From: an uncultured delta proteobacterium | GTDB taxonomy: Bacteria; Myxococcota_A; Polyangia; Polyangiales; JAFGIB01 | Direction of reading: 5' to 3' | Assembly (NCBI GenBank): GCA_963778655.1 | Contig: CAVZVA010000012.1 | Location: forward strand, 192,001 to 256,000 | DNA length: 64,000 bases | Part shown: piece after piece, positions 56,634-64,000 of the stretch | Position numbering within the stretch: position 1 is the stretch's first letter | Layout of the letters: every line of letters begins with the position of its first letter | Program-made: the position numbers and the translations under genes | Notes under the pieces: model-generated | The model's input: only the letters and a program-made list of their open reading frames with translations | Told to the model about the DNA's origin: nothing | Databases searched by the model: none

Positions 56634-58415
56634 ATGGGCGCGCTTTCCGATAAAGCGCTCGTGCCTGCCGGCCCGCTCTCCGCCGGACACAGGCTCGGGC
56701 GTTACGAGGTGCTGGCGAAGCTCGCCTCGGGCGGGATGGCGGTGGTGTACATCGGCCGTGCCCAGGGCGCGGCCGGTTTCGAACGGCTGTTCGCGCTCAA
56801 GGTCCTACACGCGAATCTCGCTTACGAGGAAGAGTTCATCCGCATGTTCCTGGACGAGGCGCGGCTGGCGGCGCGCATTCGCCATCCCAACGTCGTACCG
56901 ACGATCGACATCAACGATTCGGTGCAGACGGGCTTCTTCCTGGTGATGGAGTACATCGAGGGCGACCACCTCGGCGCGCTGCTCTCGGCCGCGCACAAGC
57001 AGGCTGCGCAGATTCCCGTGCCGGTGGTGTTGCGCATCGTCGCCGACGCGCTGGCCGGTCTGGGCGCGGCGCACGACCTGCGCGACGACAGCGGCAAGTC
57101 GCTGCAGCTGGTGCACCGCGACGTCTCCCCGCACAACATCCTGGTCGGTCGCGACGGCGTCGCGCGCCTGACCGACTTCGGCGTGGCCAAGGCCGAGGAT
57201 CGCCTGACCCATACCCGCGACGGCCAGGTCAAGGGCAAGCTGGCCTATATGGCGCCGGAGCAAGCCTCGACCGGCACCAGCGACTCGCGCTCCGACCTGT
57301 TTTCGATCGGCATCATCCTGTGGGAGTGCCTCACGCGCCGCAGGCTGTTCCGTGCGGAGAACACCGCCGCCACGCTCACCAAGCTGATGAGCGAGGAGAT
57401 CGCGCCGCCCTCTGCGATCGACCCCGCGCTGGCGCCGCTCGATCCGGTCTTGCGCAAGGCGCTCGATCGCGATCCACAACAGCGCTTCCAGACCGCCGAG
57501 GAGCTGATAGACGCGCTCGAAAGCGCAGGTCGCCGCTTCGGCGGCCTGGCCTCGCGCCGCGCCGTGGCCAAGGTGGTCAAACAGCTCGCAGCCGACAAGC
57601 TGGCGCGCGATCGCAAGCTGATCACCAGCGCCCAGCGCGCGCTGCGCGCCGGAGAGCTGCAGGCCATCGAGCCAGGCCCCGAGTCGATCCCGCAGCTCGC
57701 CGACGGCTCCGTTTCGTCGTTCTCAGCCGCCCGATCCAAGCCGAGCGGGGTGTTTGCCAATCTTACGGCGCCGGCGCTGTTCACCCGTGGCCGCTCGGCG
57801 CGGCCGGCCGCCGGGCCGAGCGTGACGCCGAGCGGACCGCAGCGGACGGCGACGCCCGCGGGCTTGCTGGCGCCCCCTCCGCTCGGAGGCGTGGCGCTCG
57901 AAGCCTTTGCCGGGCGCGGGCGAGCGCGTGCGCGCTGGCCGCTGCTGGTGCTCGGCGCGCTGTCCTTGACCCTGCTCGCGTTGTTGGCGTTGTGGCTATG
58001 GCCTACCGCATCGCCGGCGCCGCACGATACGCAGCTGCCGGAGCTGAGCGAGCCGCGACCGCCGGCCGCACCCGCACCGGTCCCACCGGCATCCGCGGTG
58101 CCGAGCAGCGCCGCGGCGCGCAGCGGCGCTGCCGTGCCTGCGCCGAGCACGCCCGTGGTCGTGCCCGCACCGCACAAGGCGGCCGCGCCCGAGCCGCGCG
58201 CAACCCAGGCCAAGCACCCGAACGGGCACGCTGCGGCGCGCGCGACGCACGCGCACGATCGGCCCCAGCCCACCGCCCCGAGCGCCAGTGCCCAGCCGCC
58301 CAGCGCCCCAGACGAGCCCGCGGCGCCCGCCCCGGCGACGGCCCCGCCAGAGGCGAGCCCGGCGCCGGGGACGCCGAGCTCGGTTGATTTGCTGCCCAAT
58401 CCCTACAAGCGGTGA
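56634..58415 (+). CDS. Membrane Ser/Thr protein kinase
   Basis: SGGMAVVY, ALK, HRDVSPHN, DFG, GKLAYMAPEQ; TM helix; C-terminal NPY. Confidence 0.95.
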   Translation: MGALSDKALVPAGPLSAGHRLGRYEVLAKLASGGMAVVYIGRAQGAAGFERLFALKVLHANLAYEEEFIRMFLDEARLAARIRHPNVVPTIDINDSVQTGFFLVMEYIEGDHLGALLSAAHKQAAQIPVPVVLRIVADALAGLGAAHDLRDDSGKSLQLVHRDVSPHNILVGRDGVARLTDFGVAKAEDRLTHTRDGQVKGKLAYMAPEQASTGTSDSRSDLFSIGIILWECLTRRRLFRAENTAATLTKLMSEEIAPPSAIDPALAPLDPVLRKALDRDPQQRFQTAEELIDALESAGRRFGGLASRRAVAKVVKQLAADKLARDRKLITSAQRALRAGELQAIEPGPESIPQLADGSVSSFSAARSKPSGVFANLTAPALFTRGRSARPAAGPSVTPSGPQRTATPAGLLAPPPLGGVALEAFAGRGRARARWPLLVLGALSLTLLALLALWLWPTASPAPHDTQLPELSEPRPPAAPAPVPPASAVPSSAAARSGAAVPAPSTPVVVPAPHKAAAPEPRATQAKHPNGHAAARATHAHDRPQPTAPSASAQPPSAPDEPAAPAPATAPPEASPAPGTPSSVDLLPNPYKR

Positions 58416-58531
58416 GCCGTTCAGCCCCAAACTCCTTGTGGTGGCGGCCTACCGCCGCGCCCAATTGTCCTTTTCGGACGCGTTTGGGACCACTATCATG
58501 AAGCGAGGAGCATGCGGGGTCGCGTTTAGTC

Positions 58532-59425
58532 ATGCAGGACGACTGGGAGGATAGGACTGTCGTCGCCACCAGCTTGGCCCCGGCCGCTCCGGTCGGTGGC
58601 AAGCGGGCGCAGCTGGTGGTCCTCGCAGGCTCCAACGTCGGCGAGATGTACAACCTGCAGGGCACCCTGTTGATTGGTCGCGGCCGCGACGCCGACATCC
58701 GCATCCAGGGCGACGGCATTTCGCGCCAGCACGCCCGCATGAAGGTGGGCGCCGACAGCGTCGAGCTGGAGGATCTCGGCTCCACCAATGGCTCGTTCGT
58801 CAACGGCGAGCGCATCGACCGCGCGGTGCTGCAGGACGGCGACAAGATCCAGCTCGGCACCGCGACGATTCTCAAGTTCACCTATCAGGACGACATCGAC
58901 GAGGACTTCCAGAAGAAGATGTTCGAGTCGGCCTCGCGCGACGCGCTGACCGAGGTCTACAACAAGCGCTTCTTCCTTGAGCGGCTTCATAGCGAGTTCG
59001 CCTACTCGATGCGGCACAAAGCGCTGCTCTCGCTGATCATCTTCGACATCGATCATTTCAAGCGCATCAACGACAGCTATGGCCACCTCGCGGGCGACTA
59101 CGTGCTGGCCACCCTGGCCAAGACCGTCACGCCGATGATCCGCAGCGAGGACACCTTCGCGCGCTACGGCGGCGAGGAGTTCGTGATCCTGTCGCGCAGC
59201 ACCGATCCACCATCGGCCGCGGTGGTCTCGGAACGGGTTCGCCAGCACGTCGAGCGCTACAAGTTCGAGTACGAGGGCCAGCGCATTCCGGTCACGGTGA
59301 GCCTGGGGCTCGCCGGCATGCCGCACGCGGAGATCAAGTCGCCCGAAGATCTACTCGCGCGCGCGGACAAAGCCCTGTACGAGGCCAAGCACGCCGGGCG
59401 CAACCGCCTGGTCCGCGCGGATTAG
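58532..59425 (+). CDS. FHA-domain diguanylate cyclase
   Basis: FHA motifs IGR, SRQHA, GSTNG; GGDEF domain with DIDHFKRINDSYGH, I-site RSED and RYGGEEF. Confidence 0.95.
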   Translation: MQDDWEDRTVVATSLAPAAPVGGKRAQLVVLAGSNVGEMYNLQGTLLIGRGRDADIRIQGDGISRQHARMKVGADSVELEDLGSTNGSFVNGERIDRAVLQDGDKIQLGTATILKFTYQDDIDEDFQKKMFESASRDALTEVYNKRFFLERLHSEFAYSMRHKALLSLIIFDIDHFKRINDSYGHLAGDYVLATLAKTVTPMIRSEDTFARYGGEEFVILSRSTDPPSAAVVSERVRQHVERYKFEYEGQRIPVTVSLGLAGMPHAEIKSPEDLLARADKALYEAKHAGRNRLVRAD

Positions 59426-59428
59426 GCG

Positions 59429-61141
<1,713 letters not shown>

Positions 61142-61212
61142 GGTAGAGAGGGACGCTCGCGGTCTCGACCGGCGCTGCGTCGCTCCCGGCCGCGGGTAGT
61201 AGGAAGAGCGCC

Positions 61213-64000
<2,788 letters not shown>

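Noticed and set aside
61142..61212. Glycine riboswitch upstream of gcvP
   Set aside because: The gap is only about 70 bp and no aptamer motifs are recognisable.

Overview
Very GC-rich bacterial chromosomal DNA. The gene content points to Myxococcota, probably Polyangiales-like: several eukaryotic-type Ser/Thr kinases, Myxococcus cysteine-rich repeat proteins, a MYXO-CTERM motif and an FHA-GGDEF protein. About 50 genes are readable. They include a stress block (APH/AAA kinase, dnaK, Hsp20, four USPs), clsB, an ABC exporter pair, an RlmN-family enzyme, TetR and ECF sigma/NrsF-like genes, an AlkB-like monooxygenase with ferredoxin and reductase, a triple-FKBP lipoprotein, glpD, def, a proteasome-beta/BPH-like protein, an AAA+/VWA pair, a kinase-DGC-kinase block and the 5' part of gcvP. 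The most unusual items are: (i) a divergent CetZ/TubZ-like tubulin-superfamily GTPase with a C-terminal HEAT-like module, whose stop codon directly abuts an ~810 bp array of eight multi-hairpin units (86 or 111 bp); (ii) an upstream 1189-aa protein with an internal MYXO-CTERM followed at once by a second lipoprotein signal, possibly a polyprotein; (iii) at least four families of small structured intergenic elements (MITE/REP-like), several ending on stop codons. No tRNA, rRNA, CRISPR array, cas gene or transposase was recognised. All calls come from reading motifs by eye; no database searches were run.
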